DNA of 64,000 nucleotides from the human T2T-CHM13v2.0 reference genome, Homo sapiens, in NCBI RefSeq assembly GCF_009914755.1, contig NC_060935.1, one strand, 5' to 3'. Below the pieces are notes generated by a model. It saw only the letters and a program-made list of their open reading frames with translations. It searched no databases and was not told the DNA's origin. Numbering within the stretch: the first letter of the stretch is position 1; each line of letters starts with the position of its first letter. A program made the translations under genes and the position numbers. Shown one piece after another: positions 15,734 through 28,786 of this stretch.

Positions 15734-15991
15734 ATGGAAAAAGAAAAAGGAAATGATGATGGAATACCAGACCAAGAGAATTCCTTGGATTTTTCTGAAC
15801 ACTTTAACCAACTTGAATTGTTGGAAACACATGGACACCTTATTCCTACTGGTACTCAAAGTCTTTGGGTAGGCAATTCTGATGAAGATGAGGAGCAAGA
15901 TGACAAAAATGAAGAGTGGTATCGATTGCAAGAAAAAAAAATGGAAAAAGACCCAAGCAGATTGCTTCTTTGGGCTGCTGAAAAAAATCGG
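15734..15991 (+). CDS. ANKRD49: ANKRD49 exon 2 coding part (aa 1-86, acidic N-terminus); exon begins at 15644
   Basis: MEKEKGNDDG...LLLWAAEKNR; acceptor ttttcag|ATC at 15643/15644; donor CGG|gtaaaa. Confidence 0.95.
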
Positions 15992-16014
15992 GTAAAAAAA
16001 AAAATTACAGAGGG

Positions 16015-16145
16015 AAGTGTGACAGTAGGAAAAGCACTGGGTTCAAGCCAGAAGACCTGCCTTTACTGTTATGGCCATCATACCTATCTCTTGATTGTGA
16101 GGACCAAATGAGACAATGTACATGAAAGCACATATTAAGCTGCAA
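16015..16145 (+). mobile_element. MIR fragment
   Basis: GTGTGACAGTAGGAAAAGCACTGGG...TTGTGAGGACCAAATGAGACAATGTACATGAAAGCAC resembles the MIR core. Confidence 0.6.
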
Positions 16146-17110
16146 AGTGTCATGCTAGGTATTATTTGGGGGTTTAAGGATAATTATCTATAAAGATAGC
16201 AAGCAATCATCTATATTTTAAAATCATTTATATAAAGTCATTAGGATCATTTAGGAAAGAGAGGATGGAAACTAACATTTATTAAAAACTAACTATACCA
16301 GGTACCTTATTACATTATTTTATTTAATCATCATGTATCCCTATAAGTAATATTCTTCTCTTTTATAGAGTAAGAAATTGAGATTCAGGAATATTAATTT
16401 GCCCAGGATCATCGAAGTGGAATGAACATCAAAAGCCTATTCCCTCTGCTTGGCCACTTCCACCTCATTTTACTAAGTTTCCCCATGTCTGTGTTAGTAA
16501 ACTAATAACTAAAAGGGTCTCGCATTTTAAATAGCTTTTTAACCCAAGAGCATGCCACATTTAACCAGAGGCCCATAGAACAAACTGAAAATTACAACCT
16601 AAAAGGTTGTTTCTAAGGTTGTATTGAGAAGGAATTGAGCTCTTGAATCCCTAGAATTCCTTATTAATACTTTATTCTTCTGTTAAAAGTTTTATTTTTA
16701 AAAGTTTCATACAGTGTGTATATTGGTGTGATAATCCTACAGAAAAATCAAGCAGTTATGTTTTCTTCACAGATAACACATAAAATATTAAACAGAAAGC
16801 CTATGTTATTCATTGGACTGAAGCTTTTATGCAATAAACCTTAGTTGGACCAGGAGTAAATGTATGGTTTGATATTCAGAGAATCTCATTCTTAGAAGCA
16901 ACAAAGTGTAGTTAACACTAACTTGTTCATTCTTAAATCAGTAGTCCTCTCCTCCCCAAAAAGAGATCTTAAATTATTTTCATTTTAAAGTCATCTACTA
17001 ACAAGTAAGTTTTTATTCAACTTAATTAAATCTAACACCACAAGACAATTTTGTTTTAGTTATTGTTTTGGTTTGAGTTGAGTTGAAAGATTTCTTTTTT
17101 TTCTTCTCAG

Positions 17111-17572
17111 CTTACCACAGTGCGGAGACTCCTTTCTGAAAAGGCCACTCACGTGAACACTAGGGATGAAGATGAGTATACCCCTCTTCATCGAGCAGCC
17201 TACAGTGGACACTTAGATATTGTTCAGGAGCTCATTGCACAGGGGGCCGATGTTCATGCAGTGACTGTGGATGGCTGGACGCCCCTGCACAGTGCTTGTA
17301 AGTGGAATAATACCAGAGTGGCTTCTTTCTTACTGCAGCATGATGCAGATATCAATGCCCAAACAAAAGGCCTCTTGACCCCCTTGCATCTTGCTGCTGG
17401 GAACAGAGACAGCAAGGATACCCTAGAACTCCTCCTGATGAACCGTTACGTCAAACCAGGGCTGAAAAACAACTTGGAAGAAACTGCATTTGATATTGCC
17501 AGGAGGACAAGTATCTATCACTACCTCTTTGAAATTGTGGAAGGCTGTACAAATTCTTCACCTCAGTCTTAA
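17111..17572 (+). CDS. ANKRD49: ANKRD49 exon 3 coding part (aa 87-239, ankyrin repeats), stop TAA
   Basis: TPLH/TPLH/TPLH ankyrin motifs; polypyrimidine acceptor ctcag|CTT; 258+462 nt = 239 aa + stop. Confidence 0.97.
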   Translation, partial: LTTVRRLLSEKATHVNTRDEDEYTPLHRAAYSGHLDIVQELIAQGADVHAVTVDGWTPLHSACKWNNTRVASFLLQHDADINAQTKGLLTPLHLAAGNRDSKDTLELLLMNRYVKPGLKNNLEETAFDIARRTSIYHYLFEIVEGCTNSSPQS

Positions 17573-18593
17573 CAATTCTAGTAATTTTCCTAAGTTTCTA
17601 AATACCAGTGCCTCCTGTGTGTGAGATGTATTCCCATAATCAAAGTTGACGTCAAACATCTTACTACAAAAATTCAGTGACATTCATTATAACATTCTTC
17701 CAAGTGAATTGCCTGACTTTGATGTCAAAATGTATTTGAAAGTAATTTGCATATATCTTTAATTATTTCTGTGGAGTTTGTGATTTTTTTATCAGAAATA
17801 ATTTTAATGTGTGTATACTTAAAAACTTGACACGGGTTGTACAGAAACTGGTATTTTTGGTGCTGATACAAGAGAAATGTATTTTTAAATATCCCACATC
17901 CTGGATCTTTGTTGGGTATTTAGTATATTGACATATATTTTTATAAGGTGAGGTAACTCAGAACTTAATTTAAAAGTCTTAAATATTCTGATACAATTCA
18001 GCTGTCTTCTCTACCTTACCATAGCCAGTTGCTTTCATTTTAAACCAGAGCAAGTAACATATTAGTGACTTGAATCTTCATAAGTTAAAGTAAAAAACAG
18101 CAAAAAACCTAGATCTTTGTCTTTTAGAACACAGACCATTTTCAGGAAAGCAGTTAGCTAAGTGTTTAATTCATGAATATTGTATACTGCATCCCCTACC
18201 ACAATTTACACAATCCTGTGGATAGTCCTACCTCACCCTGGTCAACCTACATGATCCTTAAGCTAATGGCGAATCACGATGACCTTGTAGACATGCACAC
18301 AACTATACCTTTGTCCAACAGATCATAATATATCTGCTATCCAACTGGTTTTACCTGCCTAATCCTACTGATTTGGGCACTGCTTGTATAGTCTCTCAAG
18401 TTCACAGGAAATGTTGATTTTCTAAGGTCCTCATTTTTACAGAGTATACAGGCAAAGTGACAGGGGAAAAGGAATTAGTCTAAGAGTAAGGGGATGATTA
18501 TTATATTGAGGCTAAAACCACAAAGTGGCTCAGGCTTTAAAAAAAAAACACTGTGGATAATGACAAAAAGCATAAGTAAAAATATTTGAGAAA

Positions 18594-18599
18594 AATAAA
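18594..18599 (+). terminator. ANKRD49: ANKRD49 polyadenylation signal AATAAA
   Basis: AATAAA ~1 kb after the stop, followed by CA and a downstream U/GU-rich tract. Confidence 0.75.
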
Positions 18600-20310
18600 G
18601 TACAAGTTTTGAACAACACAAAAGGCATGAATTCATTTTTTACCTGTGTATGTCTTTCTTGGATCCAGAACATTATTCATCCAGCACGCACTTAGTTATT
18701 TAACATCTACTCACTCAGTCTCTCCAGCAGCAATTTTGCATTGTCTATCTAGCCCCTCTGTGATTGTTCCCAAAGTTTTGTCTTCTCAACACCACAACAC
18801 TCCAGGGGAAGGGAACTAAACCAGTTGCTCTTTACTTCAGTTAAATTTTTAAGATGTCCACCAAGGCTTATCTCTTTCAAGCCATCCTACGTAACCCAGT
18901 CACCCTAGACTAAGTAATAATGTTATTTAATCAAAGATTAAATATTTATTTTTGCTTAGAACTTATTAGATCATCTCAGAAAAGTCAGAGATAATATATG
19001 AACTGAATCATCGTGACAACAGGATCTTGAGAGTTAGTGCTTTAGTTTATGTTGTGATCTTTTCCTAGGGAGATGCTTTGTGGCAGAGGTTGCTTTCTGT
19101 TTAATCTGGCCTAAGTTAGTGGCACCAAATGACAGATACAGCTGACAGGCAGTGATGATAGAATAAGACCTTATTTATCCAAGCAGACTGCTGAATGAGG
19201 TTGCTTAGCCTGAAAGTCACAGAGCTGATGGCTCCTTTCTCACTTGAGAATGGATTGTACCCATGATTCCATGTAAACTTTCCATTAAAGTATGGAGCCA
19301 AAGAAGTCTTGTTTCCAATAAGGACCTAAGATGTGTCTATTCCCTTGTTTTCAGACCTCAACACTCACTCACTGATGCTAGAGAGCAAACTCTACACATA
19401 AGACAAATCCCACCCCTGAGGGCAGAATTTGTATTGTCTGCTTCCTTTATACTTTCCAGAGCATTCACTAGACTGCTCTGTGCACAGAAGGCAGTCACTA
19501 ATCGTGCTTTGAAAGGATTACTTCTACTTTCCAGTTTAGGCCGGCTAAATAGCTCAGTTTACAAACAGAATTTTCTCTAATCTTGGAAAGTCTATACAAA
19601 GACTTATTAAAAAATAAAATCTGAGTTTTTCATAACTAAGGGTTTAATTTTGATTAACATATGCTTGAGGAAGAGGTAATTTTTGTGACTGTTCAAGATT
19701 CATAGCGTCATTCTTAGGCCTAAAGTGGAACTAGTTGCCTTTGCTTTTATGAATCTTAAATATGCTTTTCCAGGGAGCCTTCCAACCCACAGCCTACCAC
19801 AGTGGTGGGATTTAGAGTCTTTATACTACAATCTGAAGACATTTATTTGTATTATTTGACATCTATTATGTTATCTAACACTATGCTGGAAAATCATGAT
19901 CAGAAGAAGCCCAGAGACTATACTGAGATTTATGTCCCATACCAAAATGAAATCTCTGGATCAACTCTTGATTCCTGATCAACACATACACCATCTTCAC
20001 CCTACCTGCAATGGCTCTAGGAATTTATGCAACTGCCTACAAAATAATATCACCAAATCATTATGTCTTTGCTATAATTAGTTTATCATAAGATGCTCCA
20101 GTCCATCTGTAGGATTACTAGATGACCACTCAATTTGTTCAATATGAAATGCTTTCTCTAAAGGATATTTAAGGTCTATCTTTATTAAGTTCAGAAGAGA
20201 GTAAACCAAGAAGGATTAAGTGTAGCTGATTGATGTTTTAAATTCCTGGAAATTTCCCTTTGAAACTCCAAAATTTTACTTCTCAGAACCTAAGTGGAAA
20301 TGATCTAAAT

Positions 20311-20681
20311 CAGTGCCAACACATAGAAACATGGGCCTCATGTAATTTTATGTTTTTAGCATGACTATTTTAGATACCTCATATAAGAGGACTCATGCAA
20401 TAAGGACAGAATTGCATTTTATGGCACACAAACATAGATAAGCAAAAATCCTAGCAGTTGAAAATCGTAAGAGCCATATTAAAAACAGGTGAAATTAATT
20501 TTATATATATATGACAATACATCCAAAATATGAGATATATATTTAAAATTTTTTGAGATGTTTTACTTTTTTTTGCAGTAAGTCTTCAAAATACAGGGTG
20601 TATTTTACAGCACATCTGGATTTAGTCACATTTCAAGTTCTCAGCTATGTTTGTCTAATGGCTACTCCATTGAAAGCACAG
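20311..20681. mobile_element. MER33-like hAT-Charlie MITE containing a 119-bp insertion
   Basis: Matches MER33 as recalled (ACAGGTGAAATTAATTTT, CACATTTCAAGT); imperfect 8-bp TSD ATCTAAAT/ATCTACAT. Confidence 0.75.
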
Positions 20682-21699
20682 ATCTACATGCCTGAAATCA
20701 TTCCCTGGAGGCACAGAAGGATGGTTACACAGAGCATTAAACTCTGAGTGAGACAAACTGAGTTCAAATCCTCAGTGCCACCTGTGGGTCACTTTGGGCA
20801 AAAAAAAAAACCCCTCGGTTTTCTCATAGGTAAATCAGGGATAATATCTATCTTGTTGTAGGCTAGTTTGTTATTTAAATGTAAAAATCATATGGTGTTA
20901 TTTATTTTGTCAATTTCTTTAATACTTTAAAAATAAATATCAATATGAAATACATCGAAATCATATTGTTTTTTTAAAAAGCTATGTGTTTATCAATGTC
21001 CTCCAGTCATCTTTTATGAATGAAATAGTCTCATCTGATCTTCATGAAAGTTCTTATATATATATAAGATGTGGTACACCAAACCTCTGTGACAATATTA
21101 ATAGCTAACAACTGAGTGCTCACTGTGGGCCAACTATGCTGTATGTGCTTCACGTGTGTGATACCATGTGAGCCTCACAACAACTCTCTGAGATAATCAT
21201 TGTATAAAAGGAAATCAGGTTTATAGAACTTACACGGATTGCCCATTGTCATGCCATGTGCGCATGATGGAGGTTTGTCTATCTGATTCTACCACCTTTC
21301 CTCTTCACCATACACTAGTATTTGATATGTATTTGTAAAGTTGATTAAAGAATGCATCATTTGGTGCATGTTTAGTGTATCTTCTTAAGTTCCCAGAAAG
21401 CTCATGTTCAAATGTCACAGCTTTTTACCTGTGGTGTTTTTGAATATTATCTGTATACCACCAGTTTGTCTATCATAATAACCAAAATTCCATTTTCTTT
21501 AATATTATTTTTATGTAGTTTATTTATAGTAGGGTTTGAGGACATAACAATTACTATCAGGAGCACAAGCAACTGCATTTGCTTTTAAAGCTGCAGTTTA
21601 TATTTTTTGAATTTGGTTACTTGTATCTACTTTTAAATATGCTTGCCATTTATCCACATATGAAGTATATGTTGTACATAGGCTATAACTAAATTTATT

Positions 21700-22014
<315 letters not shown>

Positions 22015-22079
22015 ACTAAATCTATTAATTATATTCCCCTTCCATGTAAGATTCCATACTTATGTGCAAATTTCTTGTT

Positions 22080-22365
22080 ATTGTGTGAAGAACACTTAAC
22101 ATGAGATCTGCCCTGTTAAAACTTTAGTTCATAGTATTTTTTTTATCTATAGGCACAACGCTTGTAGATCTCTAGAACTGCAGAGATTCTAGATTGTACA
22201 GCAGATCTCTAGAAATTATTCATCTCGTATAACTAAAACTTTATACTCATTGAATAACTACTTCCCGTTTACCCTTGCCCCAGATCCTGGCAGCCACCAT
22301 TCTACTCTCTGTTTCTAGGAGCATGACTATTTTAGACACCTCATGTAAGAGAACTCATGCAATAA
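22080..22365 (-). mobile_element. L1MA-type 3'UTR fragment
   Basis: AGATCTCTAGAA...CCACCATTCTACTCTCTGTTTCT...GACTATTTTAGA. Confidence 0.7.
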
Positions 22366-22459
22366 GGAGAGAATTGCATTTTATGGCACACGAACATAGA
22401 TAAGCAAAAATCCTAGTAGTTGAAAATCATAAGAGCCAAAGCAATATTTAAAAAGAAAA

Positions 22460-22757
22460 CACGGTGGCTCACACCATCCAACATTTTGGGAGGCCAAGGT
22501 GGGCAGATCACAAGATCAAGAGATCAAGACCATCCTGGCCAACATGGTGAAACCCTGTCTCTACTAAAAATACAAAAAAATTAGCTGGGCATGGTGGCAC
22601 ACCCCTGTAGTCCTAGCTACTCGGGAGGCTGAGGCAGGAGAATTGCTTTTGCTTGAAACCAGGAGGCGGAGGCTGCAGTGAGCCAAGATCGCGCCACTGC
22701 ACTCCAGCCTAGGCAACAGAGTGAGACTCCGTGTCAAAAAAAAAAAAAGAAAGAAAA
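22460..22757 (+). mobile_element. Alu (AluS-like)
   Basis: Alu body with poly-A tail. Confidence 0.93.
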
Positions 22758-22802
22758 CGTTAAAATCGGGATTTTTATAACCTAATTTTAAGACTAGCTA
22801 TA

Positions 22803-22890
22803 CTTGCAGTGAGCCGAGATCCCGCCACTGCACTCCAGCCTGGGCGACAGAGCGAGACTCCGTCTCAAAAAAAAAAAAAAAAAAAAAAAA
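22803..22890 (+). mobile_element. 5'-truncated AluYa5 (64 nt + A24), TSD AAGACTAGCTATA
   Basis: Ya5-diagnostic GAGATCCCGCC, CpGs intact, pure poly-A, perfect 13-bp TSD at a TTTT/AA site. Confidence 0.88.
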
Positions 22891-23914
22891 GACTAGCTAT
22901 AAAACAACAGTATTGAGACAGTGTAGTATTGGTGGATGGACATGTGGATCCATAGAACAGAACAGAGTCTAGAAATAAATCCAGATATAGATAATTAATT
23001 TTTGACAAAGGTGCCAAGGAATTCAGTGGGACATTCTCTTAAACAAATGGTGCTGGAACAACTGAATATCTTCTTGGAAAAAACATGAACTCATTTATAG
23101 GCAGAAAGCAGTTCAGTGGTTTCTTGGTCACGGGGACAGAGGTTGGACTACAAAAGGGCAGGGAGAACCTTTTGGAGGTGATGGAAATATGCCGTAGCTT
23201 GATCGTGGTAATGATTTTGCAGGTGTACACAACTGTCAAAAGTCACTGGGTTTTAAAGAGTAATGCAGGGTTTTTGTACATAAGTTATATTTTTATGAAG
23301 TCGATTTTTAAAAATAGATATCCAGATATGACTAATTTTATTCTTTTATTATTTTCCATGGCAAGCATAAGATGACCTCATCCTCAAATTCTAGGGATAT
23401 ATCTTCAGGGGGGCCTGTTATTTAAAAAAATATGTTTCACCAATTCACTGGAATTTTAAAATTCCAAGTAACACAACCTTTATAATCAGAAGGACCAATT
23501 TCTCCATTAAATGACAGAATGGGAAACAAAATAATTGCTTTAAAATAATTAGTCCATTTGGCAGGATTCAAGAAATTTGAAAAGATGGTTAGTTACTATA
23601 TAAGAAGGATTTGGTTGGCTTTTAATTTAAATCAGGACTGTTAGAACCTACAAGAGGATACCAAAGTGGTTTTAGCATCTACTTTTCCGAAGAAAAACGA
23701 TAGCATTCAACATCCCATTGTTCATTCAGTTTTGCTATAAGACAAACTGAGATGATTTCTTGAGACCTGTTTTAGATCTATAGAATTAAACACAAGTAAT
23801 ATGAAGTAACTTATTTACTCTGGTAATATATTAAAACTTTTTATTTCTTTGATAAAGACTTCATTTTTTACACGAATGTGTAACTTTTTATAAGAAAACT
23901 TTAGTCTTGGGTTT

Positions 23915-23933
23915 TGTCTCCATCTAGTGGTCA
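23915..23933 (-). promoter_or_regulatory. Candidate CTCF site (TGACCACTAGATGGAGACA on minus strand)
   Basis: Close match to CCACYAGRKGGC core; binding not shown. Confidence 0.5.
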
Positions 23934-23952
23934 TGTTGGTCTTTTCCATTTA

Positions 23953-25161
23953 CAGTCAGGCTTGGGTAAATGATGTATCGCCTATACTGACAGTGATCTC
24001 ATAAGATTATAATGGAGCTAAAATTTCCTATCACCCAGTGATGTGGTAGCTGACATAATGTCATAGCACAACACATTACTCACATGTTCAAGGTGATGCT
24101 AAATGTAAACAAACCTACTGCACTGCCAGTCATGTTTACATACAACTATGTACAGTACACAACACTGGATAATGATAATAAACAACTATGTTACTGGTTT
24201 ATGTATTTACTATAATATACTTCCTGTCATTATTTTAGGGTGTTCTTCTACTTATTAAAAAAAGTGAACTGTATAACAGTTTCAGGCAGGTCCTTCAGGG
24301 AGTATTCCAGAAGAAGGCATTATCATAGGAGATGACATAGGAATAACTCCATAATGTTATTGCCCCTGAACACCTCCCAGCAGGACAAGATGTGGAGGGG
24401 GAAGACAGTGATCGTGATGACCCTATTTTGGCCTTGACTAAGTATGTGTTTATGTCTTTGTTTTTAACAAAAAAGTTTAAAATTTAAAAATATATAAATA
24501 ATGCATATTGAAAATACAAAAAAAGCTCATAGAATGAGGCTATAAAAATACTTTTGCATAGCTGTACAAGGTGTTTGCATTTTAAACTAAGTGTTATTAC
24601 AAGATTTAAAATGTTTTTAAAAATTAAGTTTATAAAGTAAAAAAAGGACAGTAAGCTAAAGGTAATTTATTATTGAAGAAAGAAAAATATGTTTGCATAA
24701 ATTTAGTGCAGCCTAAGTGAACAGTGTTGATAAAGTCTATAGTCTATAGTAGCGTTTGGTAATGTCTTAGGCCATCACATTTGCCCACCACTCACTCACT
24801 GACTCACTCAGAGCAACACCAAGTCCTTCAAGCTCCATTCATGAAGTACACACTCTACAGGTGTACCTTTTAAAGTCAACTATACCATATTTTTACCGTA
24901 CCGTCTCTATGTTTAAATTTCTTAAGATACACAAATATTTCCCTTGTGTTACAATTGCCTACAGTATACAGTATAGTAACATGTTCTACAGGTTTGTAGC
25001 CTAGGAGCAATAGGCTATACCAAGTAGCCTAAGTGTGTAGTAGGCTGTGCCACCTAGCCACCTAGGTTTGTGTAAGTGCATTCTGATATTTGAACAACGA
25101 TGAAATTGCCTAACAACACATTTCTCAAAACACACTCCCACCATTAAGCGACACATGACTG
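23953..25161. mobile_element. Tigger3b-like (TcMar-Tigger) DNA transposon
   Basis: TA|CAGTCA...CATGACTG|TA termini; internal CATAAGATTATAATGGAGCT and CAGGCAGGTCCTTCAGG motifs. Confidence 0.85.
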
Positions 25162-25632
25162 TAATTGAAATTTTAAAAGGATAACCCAACCATCCTGGAT
25201 TTTTTTTCATTCTGTTTTTGTTGTTCATTTTCAGTTTTTTTTTTTGGTAAGGATTGAAAAACTTTTAAGTAGTATGCTTATTACCTGGGTGATGAAATAA
25301 TTTGTACAGCAAACTCCTGCAACATGTAATTTTCCTATATAGCAAATGTACCCCTGAACCTAAAAAAAAGTTAAAAAGAGAAAAATGGAAACCACAGTGC
25401 ATACCTAAAACAGTACCTTTTATACTTATTTGTGTCAGTAACTTCTTTCAAGAGAATATGCATTGGTATATAATTGAAGACACACATGTAACAATTGGAA
25501 ACAAAAAAAATCAAAAGCCATTTAGAAAGAGAAAGAAGGAAATAAACCACCTAAGTCAATATAGTTATTAAAATTGATAAGATTATCTTTAAGGTTTTTG
25601 GTAATGAAGAAAAAAGAGGAAGACAGTAATTG

Positions 25633-25936
25633 CTTTTTTTGTTTTTTTTTTTTTGAGACAGGGTCTTGCTCTGTCATCAAGGCTAGAGTGCAGTGGTGCG
25701 ATCATGACTCACTGCAGCCTTGAACTCCTGGACTCAACTGATCCTCCAGCCACTGCCTCCTGTGTAGCTAAGACTACAGTGCAAGCCACCACGCCGAGCT
25801 AATTTTTTAATTTTTCTTTTATTGAGAGAGTCTTGCTATGTTGACCAGGCTGGTTTTAAACTCCTGGCCTCAAGCGATCCTCCTGCCTTGGCCTCCAAAA
25901 GTGCTGGGATTATAGGTGTGAGCCACGGTGCCAGCC
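25633..25936 (-). mobile_element. Alu (AluJ-like)
   Basis: Antisense Alu body. Confidence 0.93.
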
Positions 25937-27009
25937 TTTTTTTATGTTTGTTTTGTGCATATTTTTTAATTTGATCAAATAAACCACATTTTTATGAGTA
26001 AAAATATTTTTAGACATTTTTTTCTAAATAAAATATTCTTAATTTTTGTATAATTTTATAGAACTATAGCATACACAAAGTAAAATTCAGAAATCTTGGT
26101 GAGTTCTTCAAAGTGAATAGGGTTATGTAACTATCACCCAGCTCAAGATCTAGAACATAATCAGCACCTCCAACAGCTACTTTGTGCTTCCACTCAGTGT
26201 TCCCTCAAAGGTAACTATAATCTAACTTTTATTTCCATCATTTAGTTTTGCCTACATAAATGTAATAACTTATTGTGTATATTTTTGCATTTGGTTTATT
26301 TCACTCAACATTACATCTATGAGATTTCTCCATTTCTGCATGTAGCAGGGTTTTGTTCTTTTTATTGATGTATTCCGTTATATGAATATGTAATAATTTA
26401 TATATACATGATATTGTTAACTTTTGGGGGGATTTTGCATTGTTTCCACTTTGGGGATTTTATGAATAACGCTGCCATAAACATTCTAGTACATGGTTTT
26501 GGTGTACATACTATACATTTCAGTGCATATCTAGTAAAGCCTGCTGAGCCACAGGATATACTTATATTCCACTTTAGTAAAAACTGCCAAAACAGTTCTC
26601 CAAAGTAGTTCTACCAGTTTACACTCTTAGCAGCAGAAGTGAACGTTCTGATTGCTCCACACGCCCATGGCTCTTGTTACTGCCAGGTTTGTTGATTTTC
26701 ATTTCATTTTTTTTTAATAGCCTTCCTAGTGGGCATGTAGTAATAGCTCATTGTAGTTTTAATTTGCATATTCCTGGTGACTAATGATGTGAAGCAATGT
26801 TTTTATGTGTGATGACTGACCACTTGGATCTTCTCTTTCATGAAGTGCTTCATCTTTCTCCATTTTCTTTCTGGGATGTGTGCACGTTTCCTATTTTTAG
26901 AAGTTCTTTATATATTCTGGATCCTAGTTATTTTTTGGATATATGCTCTCTCGGTCTGTGGCTTGCCTTTTCACACTCTTACTGGTGATTTTAATGAAGA
27001 GAATATCTT

Positions 27010-27294
<285 letters not shown>

Positions 27295-27725
27295 TGAGAA
27301 TATCTTAATTTTAACGACCTCTACTATATCTATTGCCTTCTTTTGATTAGTGCTTTTGGTTTCCTGTTTAAAAAGTAGTTGTCTACTCCAAAGGGTAGAC
27401 ATGAGGAAGACATCATGAAGGTTTTTTTCATTGTTATACTCTAGAAGCTTTTGTGTTTTACCTTTAGTGCTATTTTGAGTTGATATTTGCATTTCACATG
27501 CGGTAGGAGTCAAAGTTCATTTTCCTATATTAATATCCAATTTATCAATGCCACTTATTAAAAGGAACAGCCCCTCACACAAACACACACACACTACATT
27601 GCAGTGACACTTTTATCATTTATCTGGTGATCATATTTAGTTGGGTCTGTTTCTAGATTCTATTTTATTTCATTGAGCTATCTTTGCCCCAATACCACAG
27701 TTTTAATATTTTGGCTTTATCATAA

Positions 27726-28154
<429 letters not shown>

Positions 28155-28383
28155 TGAAATTTCTAGATCTAGTTGAGGAAAATTAACATCATTGTAATAT
28201 TCAGTGTTATAATTCTTGAATATACTGTAATACATTTCTGCATTTATTTAGGTATTACTTTTTCTTGATAACGTTTTAGAGTATTCAGTTGGAGTTCTCT
28301 CTTTTTAAAGATTTATCCTTAATGTATTTTTTTGGCTCTCAATGCTGTTATAAATGTTATTGTCTTTTACATTCCATTTTTAA

Positions 28384-28786
<403 letters not shown>

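Noticed and set aside
17646-17656. Perfect CRE palindrome TGACGTCA in the ANKRD49 3'UTR
   Set aside because: An isolated 8-mer outside a CpG island is expected about once per 64 kb
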